From Nitrosopumilus sp. (GTDB lineage Archaea > Thermoproteota > Nitrososphaeria > Nitrososphaerales > Nitrosopumilaceae): DNA of 64,000 bases. The stretch lies in assembly GCA_965205675.1 (NCBI GenBank), contig OZ242186.1, positions 832,001 through 896,000 on the forward strand, given 5' to 3'. The translations under genes and the position numbers were made by a program. This document shows, piece after piece, positions 31,101 through 40,693 of the stretch. A model generated the notes under the pieces. The model did no database searches and was not told where the DNA came from. It saw nothing but the letters and a program-made list of their open reading frames with translations. Each line of letters begins with the position of its first letter. Position 1 is the stretch's first letter.

Positions 31101-34100
31101 CATTGCTGATCTTGACAGTGACTCCGTATCACATATTGCAGTAGGTGCAAAATTTGGAGATGATGCGGGAAGAGGCAACATGCACATCTTGTTTATCAAT
31201 GATGATGGCTCTGTAAGCCAAACTAGAGAAATTAACAATTCAAACACTCCTAGCCTAGATGTCACCGGCCCTACCCTCTTTGGCCGCTCCATTACAACCA
31301 TTGGTGACCTCAATGGCGATGGCACATCTGATATTGCAGTAGGTGAACCAAACCATTTCTCCCCACACAATGGCGGCGTCATACACATTATTTATTTGGA
31401 TAAAAGCGTGGTTGTAAATACGGTATCCTCTACTACTGCCGATGGCGAATATGATACTGGAGCTCTAGTCGACATTACCATAGTATTTTCTGAACCTGTC
31501 ACTGTTACTGGAACTCCACAAATCACACTAGAAACTGGTGATAATGACCGAACAGCTGACTATACATCTGGTAGCGGTACTGATACCTTAACATTCCAAT
31601 ATATCGTACAGTCCGGTGACGTATCGCCAGATCTTAATTATGTTGATGTAAATTCTCTAATGCTAAATGGCGGCAGTATTATCTCAGTTGACTCTCAAAG
31701 TAACAGGGCAGTTTTAACGTTGCCTCCCCCAGATCTTGTTTTGACAGTTACCCCTTCAGATGCATTTGGTTCTTTGGGAAATTTCAAGGACCTTGCCATT
31801 ATCAGTGGTGCACCTCCAACCTTTGAATCAGCTACGCTGCAAGAGGACATAGGTTTACTCTCTGTAACTTTCTCAAAGGCGCTAGACCAAGACTCCGATA
31901 CTGTTGCAGTGGACGGATTTACAATAACTGATGATTTGCCTGAAGGTATTGAGGCACGCCTGTCCGTATCCCTTGATGGTGCAACGCACGCCCTTGACTC
32001 TGGCTCTCCTAATACCATTACAATAACTCTGACTGAAGGACAGCGACAGCAAGTAGTAGCTTACACCAGTACTAATGCTAACAGTGTCTTGCATCTGGAC
32101 ATTGCAGCAGGTGCCGTACAAGACACTCTACAAAATGACATTGAATCTTCTGAGGATAACGAGATTACAAGTGTCAGTGACGGTGTGGCACCAACCTTTG
32201 TCTCAGGTGTGATGGATGAGGGCACAGGCATTCTCTCTGTAACCTTCTCAGAGGCAATTGACTCTGATGTTACAGTGGATAGCTTTACAATATCTGATAC
32301 TGTGACTGGCAACGCACTACCACCTGTATCCCTTGCAGGTGCAACACCCGACATTGATTCTACCTCTACTGATACTCTTACAATAACTCTGACTGAAACA
32401 CAACGACAGCAAGTAATAGCTTACACCGGTACTGGTGATAACCTGCATCTTGACATTGCAGAAGGCGCCGTACGAGACACTGCACAAAATGATGTTGCAG
32501 CTTCTGAGAATAACAATATTACAAGTGTCAGCGATAGTATCGCACCAACCTTTGACTCTGCTGTAGTACAAGAGGGCACAGGTGTACTGTCTGTAACCTT
32601 CTCAGAGGTAATTGACTCTGATGTTACAGTGGATAGCTTTACAATCTCTGATACTGTAACTGGCAACGCACTACCACCAGTATCCCTTGCAGGTGCAACG
32701 CACGCCATTGATTCTACCCCTACTGATACCATTACAATAACTCTGACTGAAACACAACGACAGCAAGTAATAGCTTACACTGGTACTGTTAACAACAATG
32801 ACATAAACTTGCATCTAGACATTGCAGAAGGTGCCGTACAGGACACTTCAGAAAATGATATTGCGGATTCAGAGGATAACTCATTTAGAAGTGTTGGTGA
32901 TAGTATCGCACCAACCTTTGTCTCAGGTATGATGGAGGAGGGCACGGGCATTCTCTCTGTAACCTTCTCAGAGGCAATTGACTCTGATGTTACAGTGGAT
33001 AGCTTTACAATATCTGATACTGTAACTGGCAACGCACTACCACCTGTATCCCTTGCAGGTGCAACACACGCCGTTGACTCTGATACCATTACAATAACTC
33101 TGACTGAAACACAACGACAGCAAGTAATAGCTTACAATGGTACTGTTAATAACAATGACATAAACTTGCATCTAGACATTGCAGCAGGTGCCGTACAGGA
33201 CACTTCAGAAAATGATATTGCGGATTCAGAGGATAACAATATTACAAGTGTCAGCGATAGTATCGCACCAACCTTTGTCTCAGGTGTGATAGAGGAGGGC
33301 ACAGGTGTACTCTCTGTAACCTTTTCTGAAACAATATCTTCTGATAGTATCATAGTAGGTAACTTTACAATATCTGACACTGTAGGTAACAGCATACCTG
33401 TATCCCTTGCAGGTGCAACCCGTATCATTGACCCTGACTCTGATACCATTAGAATAACTCTGACTGAAGTACAGCGACAGCAAGTAATAGCTTACAATGG
33501 TACTGTTAATAACAATGACATAAACTTGCATCTGGACATTGCAGAAGGCGCCGTACGAGACACTGCACAAAATGATGTTGCAGCTTCTGAGGATAACAAT
33601 ATTACAAGTGTCAGCGATAGTATCGCACCAACCTTTGTCTCAGGTGTGATACAAGAGGGCACAGGTGTACTGACTGTAAATTTCTCAGAGACAATATCCC
33701 CTGATAGTATCATAGTAGGTAACTTTACAATATCTGACACTGTAGGTAACAGCATACCTGTATCCCTTGCAGGTACAGCATCTGCCATCGACCCTATCTC
33801 TGCTCATACCATTACAATAACTCTAAATGAGCAACAACGACAGCGAGTAATAGGTTACACCGATACTAACTTGCATCTGGACATCGCAGAAGGTGCCGTA
33901 CAGGACACTTCAGAAAATGGCATTGCAGCATCAGAAGACAACCCACTTGAAATGGTCGATGATACCATTGAGCCAACCTTTGTCTCAGGTGTCATACACA
34001 AAGTAACAGGACTGCTAACTGTAACCTTTTCAGAAACAATAGACCCTGATAATATCACAGTTGATAGCTTTACAATATCTGGCACTACAGGTAGCAGCAT

Positions 34101-35142
34101 GTCTGTATCCCTTGCTGGTGCCATACATGCTAGTCCCAACTCTGATACACTTGAAATAACTGTAACTGAGCAGCAGCGAGAAGAGATAATCTCTTACATC
34201 GCTAATAGTAACAGTGATGACTTGCATCTGGATATTGCAGCAGGTGCCATACGAGACACTGCACAAAATAACATTATATCCTCAGAGAATAACCTCATTA
34301 CTAGTACTGGCACTCTTCCCCCACCCCCCACATCCTCTAGTGGCGGTAGCGGCAGAATCAACGTGGCAGTATCTGAAGAGTCCCACGCTGAATTCTTACA
34401 CAAAGATATCAACAAATCCAGTTGTGACTCTAAGGGATTTGGAATGGGCATCTCGCTTCGAATATTCAGTATAGGATATGACAGGGAAACTAGCACTGTC
34501 AATGTGGAACTGCTCTCTACATGCGGACCTGCATCTGTCTCTGTCAACACTGATGCAGGCGTGCACCTGGCAGCATTGTCTCTGACATCTGAGCAGTCAC
34601 CACAGTCCTCTGCAAATGAAGCAGAGAAACAGCACCTCGTATACTCTGCCACAATTAATTCTGATGCAGACTCTTTTGCAGTTACAGCAAAAGACAAACG
34701 AGACACATTTACTCAGACCATAACGCTAAGTGATGACTTTGTTGAAAAGAAATACCATCATCGTACAGGGTATACTAGCGAACAGCAGAGTTCACTTGAT
34801 ATTCTAAATGCAATAGAAGATGATCCAAGACCCATAGCAGACAAGGCTGTTCAAAAAAATACTGATCCTATACCTTTGTGGATAAAGTCTGATCTAAAAT
34901 TGTGGAATGGAAGTCCTGCACGTGACATATTCTTCTTTAATTCCATTGACTATCTAATTGATAACCACTATATTGTCTATGAGGACTGGGAAAAATCAAA
35001 AAGCCTGCAAGATATCGATACCTATCCACAGTGGCTGCTTAATGATGTAGGTAACTACACTGATGGCAATCTCACTGATATGGAATTCACCGAACTCATT
35101 GAGACTCTCATAGAAGAGCGCGTCATTAGAATTGCAAAATGA
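28174..35142 (+). CDS. Giant secreted surface protein/adhesin: signal peptide, N-domain, 12 FG-GAP (integrin-alpha-like) repeats, Ig-like stalk, C-terminal thaumarchaeal IPxWIK-type domains (true start may be downstream)
   Basis: Signal-like ...SPQYAFA; FG-x-S...DLNGDG..DIAVGA repeats; APTFVSG repeats; PPPP/SSSGGSG linker; IPLWIK and YPQWLL tail. Confidence 0.85.
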   Translation: MTLPYRLLISQLSVPFYMLFVVLPCSLYYLAAPKHTNEAFLRKSLAVFVSAVFVSGSILGPIGLTFSPQYAFADDIFAEMNSFENILPNTVLPDHEFLKKKLHSSEANSDIADSLYNNNDNNENPLSESEKKTVHEFLLALHGDIDVLNEQSYPTVGGYWTVEFVTKGTHDLIVSAINATSFGAGLPDDVEFISLYDSDGSEIAPEFIYDDSGSKGEITSVVFPDYSNDDVGSFKMLVHTPGKHHLKFEFGNGVAYANNNAYPNSTIEINSSTTNGPDLSSHDSFGTSIANIGDLNGDGTSDIAVGATGDGHGGSNSGAVHILFMNDDGSVNQTIEINSSTANGPDLNILDFFGSSIANIGDLNGDGTSDIAVGAAGDDNGGDDSGAVHILFMNDDGSVNNTIEINSSTANGPDLSQTDIFGSSIANIGDLNGDGTSDIAVGATGDDHGGDDSGAVHILFMNDDGSVEQTVEINDSTANGPELSDDDFFGSSIANIGDLNGDGTSDIVVGATGDDDGGDNRGAIHILLMNDDGSVDQTVEINDSTANGPELSDGDFFGSSIANIGDLDNNGTSDIAVDAQGNDDGGDNRGAIHILFMNDDGSVEQTIEINDSTEPGPVLSDNDIFGSSIANIGDLDNNGTSDIAVGAIDDDHGGPSSGAIHIIYLSTAVSHSGAIEQTIEINSSTANGPDLSQNDIFGSSIANIGDLDNNGTSDIAVGAPSDDNGGNNKGAIHILLMNDDGSVNNTIEINDSTPNGPSLDAGDNFGTSIANIGDLNGDGTSDIAVGAPNDNDGGDDSGAVHILFINDDGSVNNTIEINDSTANGPDLNIADLFGSSIANIGDLNGDGTSDIAVGATGDDSGSFGSSGAVHILLMNDDGSVERTIEIDSTTANGPDLSSSDSFGSSIANIGDLNGDGTSDIAVGAIGDDDGGDDSGAVHILFINDDGSVEQTIEINSSTPNGPSLDAGDNFGTSIAGIADLDSDSVSHIAVGAKFGDDAGRGNMHILFINDDGSVSQTREINNSNTPSLDVTGPTLFGRSITTIGDLNGDGTSDIAVGEPNHFSPHNGGVIHIIYLDKSVVVNTVSSTTADGEYDTGALVDITIVFSEPVTVTGTPQITLETGDNDRTADYTSGSGTDTLTFQYIVQSGDVSPDLNYVDVNSLMLNGGSIISVDSQSNRAVLTLPPPDLVLTVTPSDAFGSLGNFKDLAIISGAPPTFESATLQEDIGLLSVTFSKALDQDSDTVAVDGFTITDDLPEGIEARLSVSLDGATHALDSGSPNTITITLTEGQRQQVVAYTSTNANSVLHLDIAAGAVQDTLQNDIESSEDNEITSVSDGVAPTFVSGVMDEGTGILSVTFSEAIDSDVTVDSFTISDTVTGNALPPVSLAGATPDIDSTSTDTLTITLTETQRQQVIAYTGTGDNLHLDIAEGAVRDTAQNDVAASENNNITSVSDSIAPTFDSAVVQEGTGVLSVTFSEVIDSDVTVDSFTISDTVTGNALPPVSLAGATHAIDSTPTDTITITLTETQRQQVIAYTGTVNNNDINLHLDIAEGAVQDTSENDIADSEDNSFRSVGDSIAPTFVSGMMEEGTGILSVTFSEAIDSDVTVDSFTISDTVTGNALPPVSLAGATHAVDSDTITITLTETQRQQVIAYNGTVNNNDINLHLDIAAGAVQDTSENDIADSEDNNITSVSDSIAPTFVSGVIEEGTGVLSVTFSETISSDSIIVGNFTISDTVGNSIPVSLAGATRIIDPDSDTIRITLTEVQRQQVIAYNGTVNNNDINLHLDIAEGAVRDTAQNDVAASEDNNITSVSDSIAPTFVSGVIQEGTGVLTVNFSETISPDSIIVGNFTISDTVGNSIPVSLAGTASAIDPISAHTITITLNEQQRQRVIGYTDTNLHLDIAEGAVQDTSENGIAASEDNPLEMVDDTIEPTFVSGVIHKVTGLLTVTFSETIDPDNITVDSFTISGTTGSSMSVSLAGAIHASPNSDTLEITVTEQQREEIISYIANSNSDDLHLDIAAGAIRDTAQNNIISSENNLITSTGTLPPPPTSSSGGSGRINVAVSEESHAEFLHKDINKSSCDSKGFGMGISLRIFSIGYDRETSTVNVELLSTCGPASVSVNTDAGVHLAALSLTSEQSPQSSANEAEKQHLVYSATINSDADSFAVTAKDKRDTFTQTITLSDDFVEKKYHHRTGYTSEQQSSLDILNAIEDDPRPIADKAVQKNTDPIPLWIKSDLKLWNGSPARDIFFFNSIDYLIDNHYIVYEDWEKSKSLQDIDTYPQWLLNDVGNYTDGNLTDMEFTELIETLIEERVIRIAK
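28966..31400 (+). repeat. 12 tandem ~204-bp FG-GAP coding repeats (6+6)
   Basis: Near-identical DNA units, e.g. ATTGCAAACATTGGTGACCTTAACGGTGATGGTACATCTGATATTGCAGTAGGTGCA; units 6 and 12 end in HIIYL. Confidence 0.9.
31810..34300 (+). repeat. 7 tandem ~360-bp Ig-like coding repeats
   Basis: Units begin (A/E)PTF(V/D/E)S...GxLxVxFS and contain LHLDIAxGAV. Confidence 0.88.
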
Positions 35143-35299
35143 TGATATTTTGAGACTTGTGATGATGATTTACAAAAATAAAATTTTAGGTGATTATCAA
35201 TTATTTACCCCCAACATATAATCAAGTAATACTGAGAAAGTATCTTCATCTCCGTTGTTGTATCTCCATTTCTTTGATGTACAACAGAAACTTTCCTGA

Positions 35300-35405
35300 G
35301 CTTACTCTGTGCTTGTAACCATTGAAAATCAACGAATTGTATCCTCTCCACTTGTCCGTATACCAAATGTCTTTTTGAAAATGATTCGTTTGATAACTGT
35401 GATGC
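35300..35405 (-). pseudogene. Probable IS1595-family transposase scar
   Basis: YTDKWRGYNSLIFNGYKH matches the IS1595 TD-x-W-xx-Y-xx-L...GYxH motif; no ends found. Confidence 0.5.
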
Positions 35406-35652
35406 AAATCTGTTGGAATTGAACCCAAATCTCTTCGTTTTCAGGGAAGTAAATGGGGAAAAATTGTTCTATTTCGTGTTGGCTTGTAATTGTCACAGAA
35501 TGTGACTGGTTTTTAGTTTGGGTTATTTCTGAGAAATCTTCTCCTGTTGACCACACTTTTTTCATTTTTCTTATATTCATTATTTACCATTATTTGGTTT
35601 TCATTACCATTTATTACCAATACTATATATACTCGAAATATTGTGTTGAGAT

Positions 35653-36066
35653 ATGAGTACCCAATCTCAATCAAGTGATGCATTTGCAATGTACAAGCAA
35701 AATGTACAAAAACATTTTGAAAATATTTCAAAACTAACTTCACAATATTTTCAATCTGCTACACAATTGCAAGATGAATGTATGAAAACTTGTCAAAAAA
35801 CAATTGATGCTACCGTGTCAATGCAACAAGAATTTGCAAAGAAAACTGGATTAAACACTGAAATTCCAGATGTTGCAAAAACTGCAATCGTTGATACCAA
35901 CAAGCAAATTGTCCAGGCAAGTACCGTAAATAATCAATTGGTAAAAACAACCCTTGATGCAACAGTACAAAATTTCAAAACATTCAATGACAATGTTAAT
36001 GCATTTGCTGAATTAAACAAAAACATCATCCAATCTTGGATAACTCCTTTCACACAAAAAAACTAG
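35653..36066 (+). CDS. All-helical Q/T/N-rich hypothetical protein (phasin-like composition)
   Basis: Amphipathic helices; TATATA ~28 nt upstream suggests a leaderless transcript. Confidence 0.75.
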   Translation: MSTQSQSSDAFAMYKQNVQKHFENISKLTSQYFQSATQLQDECMKTCQKTIDATVSMQQEFAKKTGLNTEIPDVAKTAIVDTNKQIVQASTVNNQLVKTTLDATVQNFKTFNDNVNAFAELNKNIIQSWITPFTQKN

Positions 36067-36201
36067 TGTGATTGATTTTTCTTTTTTTATTATTTTATCA
36101 AAATAATTCATAGAATTTGATGATTTATCAAACTCCATATGTGTTACGTGCTCTGTGTTGCAAAACTCGTATGTGACACTGATGGGTAATTTATCCTTGA
36201 A

Positions 36202-37302
36202 TTATCTTAGATGTGCGACGCCTCTATTTGTCTGATAACTTCCAACAGAACTTCCTATTGCAGTAGCATACAAGTCTTTAGGGTCGATACCGGTCTGCTC
36301 CGTAGGTGTTTTCCTATTTTTTCTGTCACTCCATACAAAGAATCCTATGGCAGCGACAATTCCTATGCCTGACATTGTATACATTATTGGAACTTGTGTG
36401 TATTCTACGCCTCCTGTTGTTGGTGCCTCATCTGTAATTAAAAATACCTCTGTTCCTTTGATGGTGCCTTCTTGAACATATCCGTCAATTATTATAGTTC
36501 CGTCATCTTGAGATTCAATGAAACGTATGGTGTATTTTTCTCCGTTAATTTCAAATGGCTCTGTATGGTCTTTATCTTGACAAAATCCGATGTATATTGT
36601 ACAAATTCCCATGGAATAATTTGTAATTACTGTGCCTGTAAATCCATATTTTTCAGGTTCACTCATTTCTGAAGTAGGATCAAACATTGACTCCCATTTT
36701 GATAATGGCAATTCAGAGAGTCCGTTGGTATCTATTAGTTTTAAATCTAATACTCTCATTGCCGCAGATCCTGAAAGGTATTCTAATAATTGAGGTATTA
36801 CAATCAAAGCCGATTGGGGTGAGTTGATATCATATGTGCCATACTTTGTCTCTATTGGAATTTCTTCAAGAATTTCAAATCCTCTCCATTGTGAATCCAG
36901 TGTAGAGTCTGAAATAAAGTGTCCCTGTATGGTAGGACGAATAATTATTTTGTATTCTATACTGACTGATTCTTTTTGTGGTGAAATTACTGCAGAGTAC
37001 ATTCCATCAATGTCAGTTACTTTGGTAAAAGATTTCTTATACAATTCAGCGTTTATCTTCTCTACTAGTATTCCTGCATTCTCTGAATTTATGTTAAATT
37101 TCACTTTTTGTTGTACGTCTCCAACTAGTTCTGCTAGATTGCTGTCTGCAGAAAATTGCATGGTTATAATTCTTGTAAACTGAAAAGTTGGAACAATCTC
37201 TTCAGAATCCCTAGGAATTCTCACATCTAACTGAACTGCATATGCAGGGATTATTCCAGATATAATTATTAGTGTGGCAATTACTGCAACAACTTTTGAC
37301 AT
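36202..37302 (-). CDS. Exported single-pass membrane protein of unknown function
   Basis: Signal peptide (IPAYA), C-terminal TM helix, tail GIDP...GSYQTNRG. Confidence 0.8.
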   Translation of the reverse strand: MSKVVAVIATLIIISGIIPAYAVQLDVRIPRDSEEIVPTFQFTRIITMQFSADSNLAELVGDVQQKVKFNINSENAGILVEKINAELYKKSFTKVTDIDGMYSAVISPQKESVSIEYKIIIRPTIQGHFISDSTLDSQWRGFEILEEIPIETKYGTYDINSPQSALIVIPQLLEYLSGSAAMRVLDLKLIDTNGLSELPLSKWESMFDPTSEMSEPEKYGFTGTVITNYSMGICTIYIGFCQDKDHTEPFEINGEKYTIRFIESQDDGTIIIDGYVQEGTIKGTEVFLITDEAPTTGGVEYTQVPIMYTMSGIGIVAAIGFFVWSDRKNRKTPTEQTGIDPKDLYATAIGSSVGSYQTNRGVAHLR

Positions 37303-37402
37303 GTTTGATATATTGTAATTATTATATAAAACAAAACCAAGAAATTATTTTCTTTGAGAAAACGACTTTGTTTTTTTATATTATATTTGCAATTGTTCTC
37401 TT

Positions 37403-37705
37403 ATGCAAAAACACACAATCCTTGCCGGATTCATTTTAGGTGCATTAGTTGCTATTTTAGTACAGCAGCCTGCTTTTGCACAATATGATGTTTTAGACAA
37501 GGGGCTATACCAAAGAATGGAAAATTCAAAAGACAAGGTAGAGATTGCAACAAAAGAGGGAGCAGTTGGTTCTGGTACCCCCTACTTTGCTGCTGATGGT
37601 GTACTTGGTGCATCTCTTCTCTCTGCTGGAATATTTGGAGGAATTGCTGGAATGCTGTTCATTCGAGGTAAAAAAGGAAAATACGCTGCAATGGGTCGTG
37701 GATGA
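37403..37705 (+). CDS. Small exported/membrane protein
   Basis: Signal peptide QPAFA, Gly-rich TM helix, basic tail. Confidence 0.75.
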   Translation: MQKHTILAGFILGALVAILVQQPAFAQYDVLDKGLYQRMENSKDKVEIATKEGAVGSGTPYFAADGVLGASLLSAGIFGGIAGMLFIRGKKGKYAAMGRG

Positions 37706-37808
37706 TCCCCTTTTTTTATGCCTAGTTTTTCTCAATTATTTAAAGAAATTTCCGTTTCTTAGAAAAAGGAAAAAGTAGTATTTCTTAAGTAATATTCTGA
37801 CATATTGT

Positions 37809-38324
37809 ATGGTGATGCCAAACCAGTTCTCTCAATTATTGTGCATAGATACAATAAGAAATGCAAATAATCATCTTGAACCAGGACAGCGGACTATGCT
37901 TGCTTGTGAGAACAAGCTTCCAGAGTCGCCTGTAACTGCTGCATTAACGATCTTAAAAGATCATGATTATGCGTTATGGATTGAACTCCATGAACATAAT
38001 CTAGCTGAAAAAATTATTGGAGTATATTCTGATCCAGTAAAGCGTCACATTCTTTTGTTAATAGACAGTCCTATTTCAAAAGATGAATTGCTTAGTCATT
38101 GTGGTGCTTCTCAATCTTCAGCTTATCGAAAGTTCAATGAATTGTTCCGAGATGGTTTTATTTTGCCTGTAGGGTATACAAAAACTGCAAAACGTGTACG
38201 TCTATATGACAAAATAATCACAAAGGCTGAGTTTAGCGTTTCTACCAAAATAAGTCAAATACGACTTCAGGTAAATCTGTCGCGTTTGCCAAAACTTCCA
38301 ACAGGGGAGGCCATTTATCCATGA
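37809..38324 (+). CDS. Winged-HTH transcriptional regulator-like protein
   Basis: YSDPVKRHIL...ASQSSAYRKFNELFRDGFI. Confidence 0.7.
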   Translation: MVMPNQFSQLLCIDTIRNANNHLEPGQRTMLACENKLPESPVTAALTILKDHDYALWIELHEHNLAEKIIGVYSDPVKRHILLLIDSPISKDELLSHCGASQSSAYRKFNELFRDGFILPVGYTKTAKRVRLYDKIITKAEFSVSTKISQIRLQVNLSRLPKLPTGEAIYP

Positions 38325-38905
38325 CTTTGATGGAAACTCTCCTTGCCACTTCTTTTGAGAAAACATTTTCAGATAACGTGGGCCCTGATGAAATAACTAA
38401 AATAAAAAATTCTGTTTTTGAACAATACAATATGACATTACTTTCATCAATCAAAGATTTTGAAAAATTTGAATTGATCACAACACAGGTCTTGGGTGAT
38501 TGTGGAACTCCATTAATTAAAAAAACACTAGATGCCATATGTCGTTTACAATCAAAATCTGAACACACTATAGAAATTAAAGACGAATACTTGAAAAATG
38601 CAATTTTAAAATCTTTTGATGATAATACTAAAAAACAAATTCTAAATATTGCTTTTGATTACCCTCTAACTCTTTGGGAGATTGCATCTAAAGCCAATAT
38701 TGAACCTGCCATTGTTTCTGAAAATGTATCTTATCTTATCTTTCATGGATTACTTGCAACAAGTGATCTGAAGGATTCAGAACATAATAAAAAATACTGT
38801 TCTACAATAGATAATTTTTCTGTCAAAATTGAAGGTGATGAATTTCACATGTATGTTACAATTAATGAAATTGCAAATGTTGATCCTCTGAAAATTATCT
38901 CTTAA
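38321..38905 (+). CDS. Winged-HTH regulator-like protein with N-terminal helical (NitrOD/DUF3227-like) domain
   Basis: SFDDNTKKQIL...PLTLWEIA...YLIFHGLL; ATGA overlap with the upstream gene. Confidence 0.68.
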   Translation: MTLMETLLATSFEKTFSDNVGPDEITKIKNSVFEQYNMTLLSSIKDFEKFELITTQVLGDCGTPLIKKTLDAICRLQSKSEHTIEIKDEYLKNAILKSFDDNTKKQILNIAFDYPLTLWEIASKANIEPAIVSENVSYLIFHGLLATSDLKDSEHNKKYCSTIDNFSVKIEGDEFHMYVTINEIANVDPLKIIS

Positions 38906-39437
38906 TTTACAAAGACCTTATTTCTAACTTGTATGAGTTTGATTTGAATTCTTATTGTAAAAAACTATTGAGGAATACATTTCAAAAAAACCCATTAAAG
39001 GAGAATCTGCTAAAGAATGTCTCTCTCTAAAGCAAAAAGTGACAAAAGCCATCAAAAAGAACCTTGGTTTTTTTCTGATTCTAAGCCTAAATCATAATTT
39101 TCTGAATCCTACAATACGAATTATCTTGCAACATCTAAATCTGTTGAAAAATAAGTAATATGTTGAAAATCCGTAAAAATGATCTGATGATTTACAAATG
39201 AAATTATTTAAGATATTGTTGACAAATTGATAGAGCATAGCATATCCATTAAATTAAAAAATTAATTTACAATGAGTTTATTATTAATGCATCCAAAGCA
39301 TGAGATGCAACAAATATTTCTCAAAGATAACAACATGAATCACACAAAAATAATTCTAATGGCTTTGTTTGCTGTGATATTTATCATTGTAACAGGTATA
39401 CTCCAAAGGTTGCAACAAAGAGATTTGTAAAATCAAT

Positions 39438-39655
39438 AGGCCTCTTGCGCAATTAGACATATTTTACCATATTACACAAATTCATTCACACCAAGATCCA
39501 AAGCTAAGAACAACCTAACACATTTCATGTTAACATACAAGCAACTCTCAAAAAAGCCAAGATCCTTTCTCTCTTTTACTGGAGTGACTAGGCAACAGTT
39601 TGATGTGATTCTAAAGGATGTCAGAAAGAATCACCGTACAGAAGAAAAGAAGAGA
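39438..39655 (+). mobile_element. IS5-a left-end fragment
   Basis: AGGCCTCTTGCGCAATTAGACATATTTT... similar to 62070 onward, breaking off after ~220 bp. Confidence 0.88.
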
Positions 39656-39770
39656 GATGTTACACCAACTCCTCTATAGTAAGTAATTTAGAAATAGTGA
39701 TGCCTTTAGTTTCACTGAATAAATAACATTTTATCTAGTTATTTATTCAGGTTAGTTTTACAAATATTTC

Positions 39771-40010
39771 ATGGGACTATTGTACACTAAATTTTATATG
39801 GATTTTGAGGATGATGAATGGAAACAAATCTCAAATAATCCTATAATCTTTCAAACTATTAAAAATGATGTAAGTGTGGAAATTGAAGATGATTCTCATA
39901 AATCATACAAGCTTGAATTTAAAAAAGGGGGAAAGTTACACATGTTTCGAGTTACTGGAAAATTCCGTTTAACTTGGGATGATGATGATTTGTTAAACTC
40001 TATAAGATAA
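39771..40010 (+). CDS. Hypothetical protein
   Basis: 79-aa ATG ORF, protein-like composition. Confidence 0.7.
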   Translation: MGLLYTKFYMDFEDDEWKQISNNPIIFQTIKNDVSVEIEDDSHKSYKLEFKKGGKLHMFRVTGKFRLTWDDDDLLNSIR

Positions 40011-40023
40011 CAATGGATGGTAT

Positions 40024-40266
40024 TTGATTATTATCATGTCTTTAGAATCTAAAGTCAAAGCAATTCTAGCTGATTTTGAACATACTCCCCCGGAGAAAAT
40101 TCTTGAAATATTAACTCAAATCGAATCTTTTTTTAAAAATGAATTAATTCGAGAATATCTCCAAGGCAAAACCCAGAAAATTCAAGATTCTACAGATGAA
40201 CAAGAAAAAAAGAAACAATGCAAGGCACTAATGCCTTATTTTGATTGGTATCTTCAAGGTCTGTAG
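40024..40266 (+). CDS. Hypothetical protein
   Basis: Helical ORF ending PYFDWYLQGL. Confidence 0.7.
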   Translation: MIIIMSLESKVKAILADFEHTPPEKILEILTQIESFFKNELIREYLQGKTQKIQDSTDEQEKKKQCKALMPYFDWYLQGL

Positions 40267-40267
40267 G

Positions 40268-40693
40268 TTATTCTGAAAACTGATTAATTTTCCCTAGGGC
40301 TGTTTTGATAGTCTCTATGTCTTTTCTTCCTTGTACCATATCTCCAACTAGCTTTACAAAGTATTCATGTCCTGTATCCTCTGCTTTGTGTATGTCTGAT
40401 TCATAACATGATAGGGATTTTTCTAAAAATGACACTTCGTATTCTAACTCTTTTCTAGTATTCTTATCGTTTAGACTGGTGTGGATTTTTTCAATGACTT
40501 TATTTATTTTTGGAATTGTTTTTCTTGCTTGTTGATTCAAAACTGATGCAAACATTGCAGCTGACTCTTTTAACTCTGGGCTTTCATTGAGTGTTTTTAA
40601 TCTACTTTTGTAGTGATTTAATGCCTTTAGAATTATTTCATATCCTCCCTCATCTTTAAGATATATTCCACCTAACCAAACCTTTTCAGCCAT
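40268..40693 (-). CDS. Hypothetical helical protein
   Basis: 141-aa ATG ORF convergent with the previous gene. Confidence 0.75.
   Translation of the reverse strand: MAEKVWLGGIYLKDEGGYEIILKALNHYKSRLKTLNESPELKESAAMFASVLNQQARKTIPKINKVIEKIHTSLNDKNTRKELEYEVSFLEKSLSCYESDIHKAEDTGHEYFVKLVGDMVQGRKDIETIKTALGKINQFSE

Noticed and set aside
28966-31400. Regular ~204-bp repeats as a CRISPR array or DGR template/variable repeats
   Set aside because: Units are in-frame protein repeats without unique spacers; no cas or reverse transcriptase gene in the window
29016-34706. Many long antisense ORFs in the giant gene (also in hppA, mrp, nadC and others)
   Set aside because: Shadow frames of real genes; no independent motifs
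36117-36182. Second possible C/D sRNA (TTGATGA...CTGA)
   Set aside because: No convincing C'/D' boxes or terminal stem
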